From a virus (lineage: Duplodnaviria > Caudoviricetes), in the IMG/VR virus record IMGVR_UViG_3300042691_031247: 64,000 bases of DNA; one strand, 5' to 3'. Position 1 is the stretch's first letter; each line of letters starts with the position of its first letter. Under the pieces are notes generated by a model. The model was not told the DNA's origin, searched no databases, and saw nothing but the letters and a program-made list of their open reading frames with translations. Below are positions 63,954 through 64,000 of the stretch, piece by piece. A program made the position numbers and the translations under genes.

Positions 63954-64000
63954 GCCACACTAGTCGTAATACCAGTCTGAGCCGATCGCGTTAAAGAGCG

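Noticed and set aside
1-64000. Stop-codon reassignment or a eukaryotic giant virus
   Set aside because: Long ORFs are intact under code 11 and end in TAA, TAG and TGA. The tmRNA, Shine-Dalgarno sites and intrinsic terminators indicate a bacterial virus.

Overview
This window looks like a 64-kb piece of a large tailed bacteriophage genome. The supporting signs are dense standard-code genes almost all on the minus strand, GGAG/GGAGG ribosome-binding sites, intrinsic terminators, a tmRNA plus six tRNAs, thymidine and thymidylate kinases, a RuvC-like resolvase, a probable portal and very large fibre genes. A Planctomycetota host is my inference from two small protein families. Layout: (1) 1-8.2 kb holds Gly-rich, probably virion-associated proteins, an SNF2 helicase fusion, AlkB-like, HNH and protease genes. 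(2) 8.2-15.3 kb holds single-gene cassettes, most with a conserved promoter-like motif (GCTAAATA-N16-CATAT) and a terminator ending in a conserved 13-mer; this block includes an acid-ceramidase-like gene. (3) 14.8-20.8 kb is an RNA-rich island with two unassigned structured RNAs, the tmRNA, the tRNAs (one with two Ile anticodon arms) and an antisense HNH gene. (4) 21-25 kb holds a glycosyltransferase, tdk and small genes. (5) 25-47.5 kb is a fibre/adhesin module with two collagen-like proteins, two aryl-sulfotransferase-like fibre proteins and a 3718-aa LamG-repeat protein. (6) 47.5-64 kb holds tmk, an HD protein, glycosyltransferases, the putative portal, the resolvase and hypotheticals. All family assignments come from motif recognition by eye; no database search was run.
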